From Barthelona sp. PAP020 (lineage: Eukaryota), in NCBI GenBank assembly GCA_040182905.1, contig JARQWU010000027.1, positions 47,982 through 67,981 of the forward strand: a DNA stretch of 20,000 bases, written 5' to 3'. Below the pieces are notes generated by a model, which was not told the DNA's origin, ran no database searches, and was given only the letters and a program-made list of their open reading frames with translations. Position numbers and translations under genes: made by a program. Positions 9,526-19,859 of this stretch are shown piece by piece. Numbering within the stretch: position 1 is the first letter of the stretch; each line of letters begins with the position of its first letter.

Positions 9526-9989
9526 ACAGACAAAATTTTCAAAAAGTTAGAATTTTTGAATTTTGATTCATGTCAAAAGAATGTTTTTCATCACATAGCA
9601 ACTATTAAATCAAAGAATAAAGCATATATAAATTTTTTTTTTAAGTTAACCCGCTCATTCCAGCGAATTTTCAAAATATGCTACCTCTGCTTGGTTTTCA
9701 ACAAACCACTCGAATTATTTCACCACATATTTGTTATAGGCTATTTTGATTGGTTTAGAAATTAAATTATTCAATTTAGTAAAGGAAAATGAGGTGTATT
9801 CTTGATACTTCGACAACTAATATTTTATTAGTTTAGGTTAAAAATTTAAAAAAAATTTACAGAATGCATATCAATGAAATAACTATCTTTATGCCTTCAA
9901 AAAGACACAAATAAAAAAGATTCTTTTAAAATATAAAAGATATTTATCCAATTTTATTGATAGAGGACCATTATACACTCTTGTGGCAT

Positions 9990-12367
9990 TAATTGAAGAT
10001 TGATGGTGGGTCTGCTATCATTTTTAAGAAAACTTTCACATTCTCTTTTGTTCGCAAATTTTCAAATGATCCAAACAGATAACTACGCCTATCAAACTCT
10101 TTTGAATCATTGAAACAACTCAGCTTTGTTCTTTAAACAGGAAGAACCGTTTTCTTAATGATCAATCACCACATTTTAAACAGTGTCAACACCATGTTTT
10201 ACTGCTAGCGCTTCTTTAAAAAAAAATGACATTAAATTGCACTTTAAAAATCCTTTGCACAAAAGGGCAGTTCATGTGAAGAGTTTGAACTTTTTTTTGG
10301 AAAAATATTTTGTCAACGCTTTTCTTTGAAGTAATATTTTAGTTTCGTCATCTTTGTTTTATCGATGTCAATGCCTTTTGACCTTTCATTTGATATTTGC
10401 ATATTTTATGAATTATGGTTTGCATTGTGTTGATATATGATTTTTTTTATTCATATACAATAGGCAGTTTTGTAAAGATGCACTAATCTAGGATCTAGGG
10501 TTAAACGAGTCTATGGACAGAGTGTTGATTGTGATTTGAGAAGACAGCTGATCAAAGTCGAAGGAAATCCAAAATCGAAACGAATTATCAAAAGCAATGA
10601 TTTTAGATTATCATCCATGAAAAACTTCACTCGTTGGTCAAAAGTTTCTTCAATTAAGGCTTTTGGGTCAAAGATTTGCTTTGGAGGAAAAGAATTGTCC
10701 CAACAATGAGTCAAATTCTTAATAATAAAGTCTTTTCAGTCTATAAGACGGGGTTTGGTGAAATTTTGTGATTCTAAAGAGACATTTAGAATTCCACAAT
10801 CAGAAAACAATAGAAAGGGGCAATTAAATCTTTCTTCTTTTTTCAGCCCCGTAAATTCTTCAAATAGCACCCAAAAATGAGACTTAGAGGCTTGGATGAG
10901 AAATTAATTGGCGAGAAACCTGCTGAAAATAATCTTCTCTTTATTTGGTGCGGGGTGTATGAAGCTTTGCACAATTTGCTCATTTCAATTGCTTCGCAAA
11001 TTAATAGAACATCAAAATTTACCACATTTTCCCAAAGCAGAAGAACTTTCATGAATCATGAAATTGAATAAGCCATTTCATTGCGTAAAATGTGTTATCC
11101 GTTTTCAAAAAAGTCATTGAAATTGTTTGTTTCATTTGGATCCAACAAATTCTTCTTTAAACGATCAAATAATCGTCTAACAATGTAACAATGTGCTTGT
11201 CACCAGAAAACCCAACAAAGTTAAGAAGACATGAAAAATAGGTGAAACTGAATTTAAATGATAACAAAGTGCATTTTGAGTTTTAATATCTGTAAATTAT
11301 CAGAAATCTCACGAAGATTCTCTTTAGCTTCAGAACTGGTTTCGTTAAATAAATTTGGTTTCGACAAACGTTCGGGAGGAAATTAAAACCCTCAGCTTGG
11401 AAACACATGTTTGAAAATGAAACTCTTTCACACACACATGAATTTTTCTAAGATGAACATGAAATTTGGATTTTTTTCAATTTCAAGATGATAGATGGCA
11501 GCTATGTTGAGTGATAGACAAAAACTAGCTTCAAAAAAGTTTAAGAACTTCACTTTTTTATTACAGTGGTTGTCAAGATCCCACATATACTTCAGAAAGG
11601 TTTCTCATGGAAAAAGCAGCAGAGCACAACTTTTAATGAATCATCTCCTCTCTACTTAGCTCATCTCGGTCCATTTCAACAGCTTCAATCTTAGAAGAGT
11701 TTCAGCAAATACTTTCTCTCTTAGGCTGTCCTGAAAAAAGAGCACAAACCGCACCTAAGGAGATATTAGGAGATTTGCGGTAAAGTAGAACTGTAATTGT
11801 AATTCCAAATGTATCTTTAAGAGTTCTTTGGAACTCTTCAAAGTTTTGGTCAGTGGACCAACCATAGATGTCATAAATATGATGTTGAAACACAAGGAAC
11901 GGGTGTTGTGGAGCATCAAAATGAGCAAACATTTCGCAGTAAACACTTTTTGATACGTTTGAAAAGAGAGACCACAGATTGGGCAAATTTTCTTTGGATA
12001 AGTGTTTGACTTTCTTTGAGATTTCATCAAACCTGCAGCCATGTTTACAAAACAGCTTCACTTCACTAAATGAGATAAGTGGAATTAATTTCAAGAACTT
12101 GAAATGAATTTCTTCAAATTCCAGCAATTTACTCTCTTTAAAAAGTGTATGTAGCTTCTCTTCATTGTAAGAAAAGCTAAATAACGTCTGATTATGGGTC
12201 CAACCAGGATAATTTTAACAATAGATGGAATTTATTATTTTTGACTTCATCAATGTCAAAGTAAAAATGGATGTTTGTACTCTTTATGTGGAGATATTGG
12301 CTTCTTTTTTCGGTGTGAATGTGTTTATTTTTTCATTCAGCAAAGTTAAAAAACTTAACACAGTCAT
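9990..12367 (-). pseudogene. Decayed protein-coding gene of unknown family
   Basis: Co-oriented minus-strand protein-like fragments (12127-11702, ~11580-11250, 11052-10843, 10714-10511, ~10120-9990) are separated by in-frame stops and frameshifts. An ATG at 12367 is in frame with the 12127 fragment across two stops. Boundaries are approximate. Confidence 0.5.
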
Positions 12368-13009
12368 GCTATTTGTTTGAACTAATTCATATGATCTAAG
12401 AAAATATAATTTCATCACTGTTGAGCTGAATACCAATTGACTTATAAAAAATATATAAAATGGGAAGCTTTAGAATTATCGGTGAAAAGGTCCAAAACTG
12501 TGCCAACATCCAACATTTCAACCATAGCTCCACTCATTTAACAATTGGATAAAGACTTTCACTGGAAAAAATAATAAACCCTATAAAAAAAGAAGGAAGG
12601 TTCTTTCCCAGGGCGAAACTTAAACAAAATAGTGATATCGAGCTGTTTAGAATATTGTTTACTTGACCTCATTTATCAATCAGATAAATTCACGTTCTTT
12701 CATTGTGTTCCCAATTAAGATAATTCTGATTGGAAACTAATTTTTACTTAACTTACAGCCTGTTTAACGTTCATATTTTTATTATAAATTATTGTATATG
12801 TATTGAATCATATTTAATAATCAGAAGTGCAAGAATAGAACCTAGAACAATGTTTATTTTGTCTTTTTGGGTGAAACCATTCCGCTTTGTTGCGAAAAAT
12901 TTTGACCCCAACTGAAAGTTTTGCTTTGGGATAGCGTAAAATGACCCATTGAGTAAAAACTTTCAAACAATATTGAACAAAGAAACATGATGAATATATA
13001 TTTACAAGT

Positions 13010-13043
13010 AAACTTTTAAACTTTTTAAACTTTTCAAACTTTT
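13010..13043 (+). repeat. Short tandem repeat (AAACTTTT[T/C]) x4
   Basis: aaactttt aaacttttt aaacttttc aaactttt. Confidence 0.6.
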
Positions 13044-13118
13044 GGCCTTAAAAGAACCTTTTGAAATTATCATTTAATTATATGTCGTTACGTTGTGAAA
13101 AACTTTGTTCAAAATGAC

Positions 13119-15566
13119 TCATGTTTCAATGGATTGAACTAATTGGAATAGAAGAGCATTCTGTTTGGGCAAAAATGATTGAAATGAACACAACAAATAA
13201 TTTAGTAAATTTTCAACCTCAAAATAATCATTGTCTTCATTATTTTCATATTTATTGTTGATTGCTGCAAAATCATTCCCAAATTCGTGTAAAACAAGAA
13301 CAAAATCATTTATATGATTATTAAGTTCAACAAATGAATCTTTGATGATGAGATTTAAAAGTTTTGAATTTTGTTTCAAAAAATTGTCCAAACTTTTCAA
13401 ATTTTCTAAAACAAAATTGTAAAAGTTTCCAACAATTCGAGTCAAACCAACAGATTTGCCAGAATTCTCACTAAATTTGTTCATTACTGTTCCAAAATTC
13501 TTTAGATCATTGTTTTGCTCCATTATCAACAATTTTAATGTTGAGATAGACCCTTCTAAATTCTGAATGAAAGATTCTTTCTTTTGTAACTTCTCTTTCA
13601 ATCCATTGATATTCAATTTATTGATCTTTTGTCTGTATGTGTTAAATTCATGGTTTTGTTTTCTCTGCTGTATTTCCAAAGTTTTGAACTTTTCCTCATA
13701 TTCTTTTCTTTGAATAAACGCCATTTTCTTTATGGCATCTAATTTCTTGTTTGACAATCCCTCAAAATTATCCAACTCTCTTTCTAAATCTAAGATTTTC
13801 TCTTTATATTGTTCCAATTGTTGAATCAATTCCTCGTTCTTCCGTTTAAACTTGTTTGAAACCATTCGTTCAGATCTTAATTTTTGTAGCAATTGATTTT
13901 CTCTAGTTTTGGATCTATGTTGAGCTTCATCCAGTTGTTTAACAAGGTTTGAAGTTAAGTCCCTTGTGTCTTTTCGAATTTTCATATTTTCTTTTTGAGT
14001 ACTTCTTAATGCATCATCCAATACATCTACTAATGGTTGTTGAGGTAAATTCAAAGATCCTCGTTCATGTTGAATACCAACACCTTTTGATACTATTGTT
14101 GGAGTGCTTTCAATTTGCGAATGGGTTAATTTGCTATGAGTGCTGATAGAAAAATCTGTCTCTGTTCCTGAGGCGTAATTCTTTTGAAAATTTGATCCAA
14201 CACTATGGTTAGACTTGTTCTTAAGTTTATATTGAGACTCTGAAAATCTGTCGCTATTTTGAGTGTAATTTGGTGTAGGAATCGAAGCCAAATATTCTTC
14301 AAATCCATCTCTATTTAGCTGATTTAATGGGGTTCCATTGTTCAAAGAAGTTCTATCATCTGAATGCAAGCTACCAGAATTTAATTGAATTTTAGCCGGT
14401 TGTTCAGTGATTCCATCATGTGGATTAATGTTATCACAGCTGTTAGCACTTCTATCATCAGTTTTAGTTCTTGTACTAGACTTTGTCCAAACAACATCCT
14501 TCACTTGTCCCTCATAATTGGCATATAGTTCTTCCAAATTTAAAATTGTTGCGTTTAATCTCTCAACATCTTCTATAATCTGAGGCAACTGTCTGATTTT
14601 GCTGAAAATGCTCAGATTGATCTCAATCTCTTGTAAAGTAAGCTCTTTCTTCAAAAATTCAGGAGTATCGATGTCTATTGCTGAATTACTATTGTTTTTA
14701 CCTTCTAATACATACAAACCAACAATTTTCATTTTTTTAAAAATTGGCTCTAACATATGACACAATTGTCTTGATTTCCACCCGCCACTTTGAAAGTCTT
14801 TCACAATCAGTTCGTTTAACAGAGTTTCTAACTTGATTAAAGAAGCATTAATATTGAATTGACTCCTTTGAAATTTTTGAGGGACGATTTTCTGAACTTC
14901 TGACGAAAAAATTTGAAATGCAGGCAGATTCACAATTTTAAATTGAGATACCGTTTTTTTAATCTGAGAATTGACAATTTCTTCTCTTTCTAAAAAAATG
15001 GTCACAAAGATAAAACTTCTTTGAACAGTATATTCCTTCTTTATACCTCTTATGATAGTAGATTTAAAAATGTTAAAATCATAGAGTTTGTCTATGGTAA
15101 CAACTGAATCTCCAATAATCTCATTTCCATTTGTCATTTGAAGCGGAATTTTTGAATACATATCAAATATTTTTTCAGCAAAAATTTGATAAGCAGCAAC
15201 CTTTATCTTATAATCATTAACGTTTCCCAAAATATGAACGTTTTCCAAAAGATTCTTCATCAAATTATCCAATAAACCATTTTCTTTATAAACAAAGGAA
15301 AAATTATTAGTTATTAAACAAGTATTTTCATTATTCATCAAATTTGAATGATAATTAGGAAAATTATTCTCATAAAACTCATAAATATCATTAAAATTGT
15401 CAAATATTTCATCAAAATAATATATCGAATTCTCATCATTATTATTCAATGAAACAGATTGATTGTTAAGTTTTTTTATAATTGATAAATTATCAACACA
15501 AATACAATAGCTTTTTGTTCGTGTTTGATTGTCGTTTTCAATATTAAATTCTGTTGTTTCATTCAT
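13119..15566 (-). CDS. Divergent kinesin-motor-fold protein with degenerate ATPase motifs and a C-terminal coiled coil
   Basis: Kinesin landmarks appear in the correct order: YYFDEIFD, NTCLIT, IKVAAYQIFAEKIFDM, QRSFIFVTIFL, SQFKIVNLPAFQ, NINASLIKL, WKSRQLCHMLEPIF. A Ser/Asn-rich linker and a K/E/Q/L heptad region follow. Confidence 0.75.
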   Translation of the reverse strand: MNETTEFNIENDNQTRTKSYCICVDNLSIIKKLNNQSVSLNNNDENSIYYFDEIFDNFNDIYEFYENNFPNYHSNLMNNENTCLITNNFSFVYKENGLLDNLMKNLLENVHILGNVNDYKIKVAAYQIFAEKIFDMYSKIPLQMTNGNEIIGDSVVTIDKLYDFNIFKSTIIRGIKKEYTVQRSFIFVTIFLEREEIVNSQIKKTVSQFKIVNLPAFQIFSSEVQKIVPQKFQRSQFNINASLIKLETLLNELIVKDFQSGGWKSRQLCHMLEPIFKKMKIVGLYVLEGKNNSNSAIDIDTPEFLKKELTLQEIEINLSIFSKIRQLPQIIEDVERLNATILNLEELYANYEGQVKDVVWTKSSTRTKTDDRSANSCDNINPHDGITEQPAKIQLNSGSLHSDDRTSLNNGTPLNQLNRDGFEEYLASIPTPNYTQNSDRFSESQYKLKNKSNHSVGSNFQKNYASGTETDFSISTHSKLTHSQIESTPTIVSKGVGIQHERGSLNLPQQPLVDVLDDALRSTQKENMKIRKDTRDLTSNLVKQLDEAQHRSKTRENQLLQKLRSERMVSNKFKRKNEELIQQLEQYKEKILDLERELDNFEGLSNKKLDAIKKMAFIQRKEYEEKFKTLEIQQRKQNHEFNTYRQKINKLNINGLKEKLQKKESFIQNLEGSISTLKLLIMEQNNDLKNFGTVMNKFSENSGKSVGLTRIVGNFYNFVLENLKSLDNFLKQNSKLLNLIIKDSFVELNNHINDFVLVLHEFGNDFAAINNKYENNEDNDYFEVENLLNYLLCSFQSFLPKQNALLFQLVQSIET

Positions 15567-15764
15567 TGCTAAGGTTCATTTTAACATAAAAATACAGTTT
15601 GATATTTATTTTAAATTTCCTGTATAAAAATCTTTTTCATTTATTTAATTCAATGAATAATGACCTTTGATTGTTTAAATTATATTGTATTTCATTAGAT
15701 TTCCTTTATCAAATCTTTTCTCATTTTTGAAAAAAATGAGCGTTTCAAAATTGTTTTTTTATTT

Positions 15765-15866
15765 TTCTTCTTGCATGAACCTTTTCCGGAACTTACCCAA
15801 ATTAGAGACTGGGAATCTCAATTGATTAATAAATAATAAACCTTAATCTTTATTCTTTCCGGGGGT
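15765..15866 (+). repeat. Direct repeat copy 1 (~102 bp), partner of 19572-19676
   Basis: Hand alignment gives 90/105 identical columns, with an identical core GAACTTACCCAAATTAGAGACTGGG. Confidence 0.92.
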
Positions 15867-16599
15867 GCCTTGTTAAAGGGGTACCTTGTTACAGAGTGGT
15901 TTCAGCAATGAAAAGAAACATTCCACAGGGGTTGTCCAATAATAATTTTTTCCCTTATGAAGAGTGGGTTCAGCTCTTCACTGGAACTTATTTTCAGGAG
16001 ACCAAAAGAAGAATGCTGAGCGTGGATTCCTCAGTCTCGATCCTGACAATCTCCTTGTGGGTGGGCAACTTCCTAAAGACAACTGCGGCAAGTGAAACCA
16101 GGTGAAGTGAAGACTCTGTTACCGATCATCAAGCAAGAAACTGACTGCTTTTTAGATTTTGAACTGGAACTGCGTACCTCCAGGTCTAAACATAAGAATA
16201 TGTTCCAGTTTTTGTTTTGACATTTCAATACCGGATATCATACAAAACCCTCTTTCCATATAAAGAAAATAGCAAGAATGATTTTTAAAAGAAAAAATGG
16301 AAACAGATCCCACAGGAAAGCTGCAAACAGTGGAAATAGTGTTTCAAAGATATCGAAAGAGTGCAATGCAAGTAACAAACCTGATAAAACATGAAATGAA
16401 GTTGCTAAGCATGGACTTTATGGAAGTGTTCTGTGCAAGTTATGGACACTTGAACATCGAACTTCCTATTTCACAAGAGGAATCGATAAGTATTTTGTTA
16501 CAAGAAAAAATCAGAAGAGATCTTACACCAAGAGTGATCAAAGCAATAGTAGCAACGGATGCTTCACCTTTGAAAGAAGGGATTACGATAAAGACAAGA

Positions 16600-18020
16600 A
16601 ATACCACGAGAATGCAGTCAAAACAGGCAGACTGTTCAAACGATTGCCCTTCTAGAGTTGCAAGCACTAGAAGATGCGTTACAAAATTAAAAAACATCGT
16701 GAGTCATCTTGATCTTCTTTTTAAGCCAAATATAACTGTGCTTTTTTCAAACACAACAAAAGACATTTCACTTTTGTTCAAGTTTCATATAAATGTACTA
16801 GAGATAATGCATTACCAAATGAAAGAATGATGACGCTTTACAGAATGAAGGTAAAACTTTGGAAATCACCATCTACTCATGAAAGAGAAATTAGTGACAC
16901 AAAAACGATTTACACCACGCATAAAGCCATCAGATCCTCAAAGCTACATACTGCTAAATCTGTGGCTAAACCAGAGAATTCCAAAAAAGCACTTCTCATT
17001 GTTTCAGCGATCGATTGATATTTGGAGATATACATTTTGATGGAAAGGTCAATGAATTCATCAAAGTTGTCACGATTAACAGATCTGGGTTTGAGCCCAA
17101 GTGATTTAAAATTGAATTCTGCAAGGTCAGTTGAGTAAAATTGGTATACAAAGGGTCTCAATGATGGGAATACCTTAAGACACAGATCACATCAACACCA
17201 TCAAACATTTTCAAAGAGCTGGTTGAAATGAGACCAAATGGGGTTGATCCAAGAAGACAGATTGGTATTTGGACCTGATGGATGAGACAATGAAGAATGA
17301 AATAACTCAGTGAACGTAGGGTTGATTCTTCTAAATCATCATCAAGTTTGAATGATCCCCCATTTGTTTCACCCATAAAGTTGAAACTGGTGGGATTATC
17401 AATAAGCCAATCAATGAAAGAGAGAGTCAATGGTTCAGAAAGATCACTTAGTTTAAACATGATGTTCTTGGACACATTGTCAATGGTAAAGCAACGTTCA
17501 AAGAAAGAACTGAATTGTTCATCCAAACGTTGCTCAATAATCAACGGTTCACCTACTTCTAGGTTAAAGTTGAAACTCTCAAGAACATCCACGATGTGAA
17601 TTGAATGCCTTTCTTGAGTAGCAGATTTGTACAAGTCATGTATTTTTTGTTCACGTTGCCTCAAACTGACACGTTGTTTGATGTTCGGAGTGATACATTG
17701 AAGAATGATCTCATATAACTCATCTGTATTATCACCTGCATTTTTGAAGCAGTTTTGTATCATGATAACGCTTTCTTGCAAAAGAGTTGGATAAAACATG
17801 CGAATCAGTAATTTACCAAAAGCAAAAATATCCATTGAAAAGTCAACATTTGCACTTACTAATGAGATTGGATCCATGTAAAGAGCTGTACCCTGTATCA
17901 TAGTACCACTGGACATCGTACCTTCAGTTTGATATGCTGTTGCAAAGTCACAGAGAGCCACACGTGAAGAAATAATTGCTCAGAACAGAAAATTCTCAGT
18001 GCATCCCCAAAATGATGTTT
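16600..18020 (-). pseudogene. Disrupted protein kinase (C-lobe) fused to a HECT-like ubiquitin-ligase region
   Basis: Kinase subdomains VIb-XI: TENFLF*(TGA 17982-17980)AIISSRVALCDFA, GTALYMDP, SMDIFAFG, LQCITPNIKQR. HECT-like segments follow: LSYFILHCLIHQVQIPI, VNRDNFDEFIDL...AETMRSAFLEF...CSFEDLMAL, MFFNFVT, SACFDCI. Frameshifts occur near 17160 and 16915. The kinase call is firm; the HECT call is moderate. Confidence 0.65.
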
Positions 18021-18040
18021 TGGATCATTTTTCCAACTAA

Positions 18041-19246
18041 TCAATCATCAATTTCATCACTTTCATGATCACTTTGTTCATTGAAAAATGAGTGCATATT
18101 TCCACCCTTCATTTCATTGGTGTCAATCAAGTCCCAACATGTGTCAACAATCATGTTATATTCCTCTTCATTCATGCAAATACCTGCAGCTACCAATTGT
18201 CTTATGACTTGAGTATTAATATTCAAAGCCATAAGATTCGACAACACATAGCCACCATGCCTTGACAATCGAATGAGTTCCGCCTCATGTGAGGGGTCAT
18301 AGTCAACGACAATTGGATAGATTTTGATGACATTCCCTGCACATTTTCCACACGCTATTTGTGTCTTATCAGGGGATATAGCAAAGGAAAAACCGAAAGA
18401 GTTACAACCACAATGCACCTTTTGAATTTGATGATAGGTTTCAACATTGAATGAGGTAATATAACCATCACCAGACATAATAAGCAGGATATAGGGTGAT
18501 AAGAAATGAAGACACCATACTTGACCACCCATATCAAATGTATGAATGAGTGATCCGTCCTCCATGTCCCAGAGTTTGACTTTGTTCGATTGGTCACCAA
18601 CAGCAATCATTCTTTCAGTTGGGTGGAAAACAATAGCTCTAATTCCGCTACCTTGACTGAATGTACGAACAACAGACAAATCATCTGGGTCAACCAACTT
18701 GGCAATACCACCATCACCTCCAGTCAAAAGATATTTACCATCCGTTGAAAGTTTCACTTTCCAAACAAATCTATTCGAAATTCTCTTTTCCAAGATAACA
18801 CTCCCATTATTTGTGTCACTTTTCGTAAGATTTTCATTACCATCACCATAGCATACATAATTTGAACAAGAAGAAAAACAAATTCCATGAATTAAAGTTC
18901 TACAATTCAATCTACACAAGATGGAGAAATCTGGAAGGCTGTATACAATGATAGACTTATCATGAGAACATGTTGCCAACTTCTGCCCATTTGGTGAAAT
19001 GGCAATTTCATAAACATGGTTTGTATGCTCTTTCAATGTACGATTCAATATTCCAGTTGCTACATCAATGATATGAACAGCTTTACGATCACAAACAACC
19101 AATTGTTTACCATTTGGCAAGTATTTACTGTCCCACGAATAAGAAGAAATCACATTTGCGATTTCACCTGCACTATTTTCATCAATCTTCAGAGGAAATA
19201 AACCACGTATAAATTCTCCTATTTCATTACTTAATTCAACAGACAT
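18041..19246 (-). CDS. WD40 beta-propeller protein with a C-terminal helical/acidic extension
   Basis: Repeats such as TLKEHTNHVYEIAISPNGQKLATCSHDKSIIVYS, VWKVKLSTDGKYLLTGG and IRAIVFHPTERMIAVGDQSNKVKLWD. An ~85-aa non-WD tail ends SDHESDEIDD. Confidence 0.9.
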   Translation of the reverse strand: MSVELSNEIGEFIRGLFPLKIDENSAGEIANVISSYSWDSKYLPNGKQLVVCDRKAVHIIDVATGILNRTLKEHTNHVYEIAISPNGQKLATCSHDKSIIVYSLPDFSILCRLNCRTLIHGICFSSCSNYVCYGDGNENLTKSDTNNGSVILEKRISNRFVWKVKLSTDGKYLLTGGDGGIAKLVDPDDLSVVRTFSQGSGIRAIVFHPTERMIAVGDQSNKVKLWDMEDGSLIHTFDMGGQVWCLHFLSPYILLIMSGDGYITSFNVETYHQIQKVHCGCNSFGFSFAISPDKTQIACGKCAGNVIKIYPIVVDYDPSHEAELIRLSRHGGYVLSNLMALNINTQVIRQLVAAGICMNEEEYNMIVDTCWDLIDTNEMKGGNMHSFFNEQSDHESDEIDD

Positions 19247-19571
19247 AATAAACTAACAAAAAAAAAGACATAAATGGAAATGGAAATTAGAAATTGACGA
19301 TTGGCTAAAAATTTTCAAAAATCTTCCAAAATCCAAATTGCAAATATTCACCTCATGTCAATGAACGATGTTGACAAATATTCATTGCGTGCAATTGTTT
19401 TGTTTTCAGATTTGGTTGAACTCTTCTTTCTTTAATGCTTACTAAACTATGAGCTATACAACCTATTCGGGTGATTAAGGGGTTATAGTGTTGAATTAAG
19501 GCCATTTTATCCTATTTATTGTGTGGAATTGGTGTTGGTAATCTTTCAACAGAGATTATCCTGTTTAATTA

Positions 19572-19676
19572 TTCTTCAGGTACGAACCTTTTTCTGAACT
19601 TACCCAAATTAGAGACTGGGGAAATCTCAGTTGACTAATAAATAATGAACCTTGATCTTTATTCTTTTCAGGAGGT
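19572..19676 (+). repeat. Direct repeat copy 2 (~105 bp), partner of 15765-15866
   Basis: See copy 1; the differences are mostly transitions plus 3 gap columns. Confidence 0.92.
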
Positions 19677-19859
19677 TCAGGGTTGCTGAAAGGAACCTCT
19701 CTGTTTTGACACCTACACTTTCATAGGCTTTCGTAGGAGAGCTATGCCCTATGCGGGGTGTGAAATACTGCATTACTAATTGCTCAAAAGAGCTTAACGC
19801 TCCGATATCTTTAAAAATTTATCCTAATTGTGCAAGTTTTCATGCATTCACCGTTGCAG

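Noticed and set aside
11755..12042. CPICG zinc-finger-like motif in an alternate frame
   Set aside because: There is no properly spaced second ligand pair, and it overlaps a longer, more protein-like frame.
15958..15980. Hairpin with a 7-nt loop as a tRNA arm
   Set aside because: No acceptor stem, D arm or cloverleaf surrounds it.
16297..16830. 177-aa plus-strand ORF as a real gene
   Set aside because: It has no recognisable motif and its 3' part is antisense to the HECT-like relic. It cannot be fully excluded without expression data.
9990..18020. Stop-codon reassignment or selenocysteine readthrough as the explanation for in-frame stops
   Set aside because: Intact genes end normally in TAA or TGA and have no internal stops, the broken regions also contain frameshifts, and no SECIS-like element was seen.
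15765..19676. LTR retrotransposon or CRISPR interpretation of the direct repeats
   Set aside because: There are only two direct copies 3.8 kb apart, with no gag/pol, primer-binding site, TG...CA termini or spacer array.
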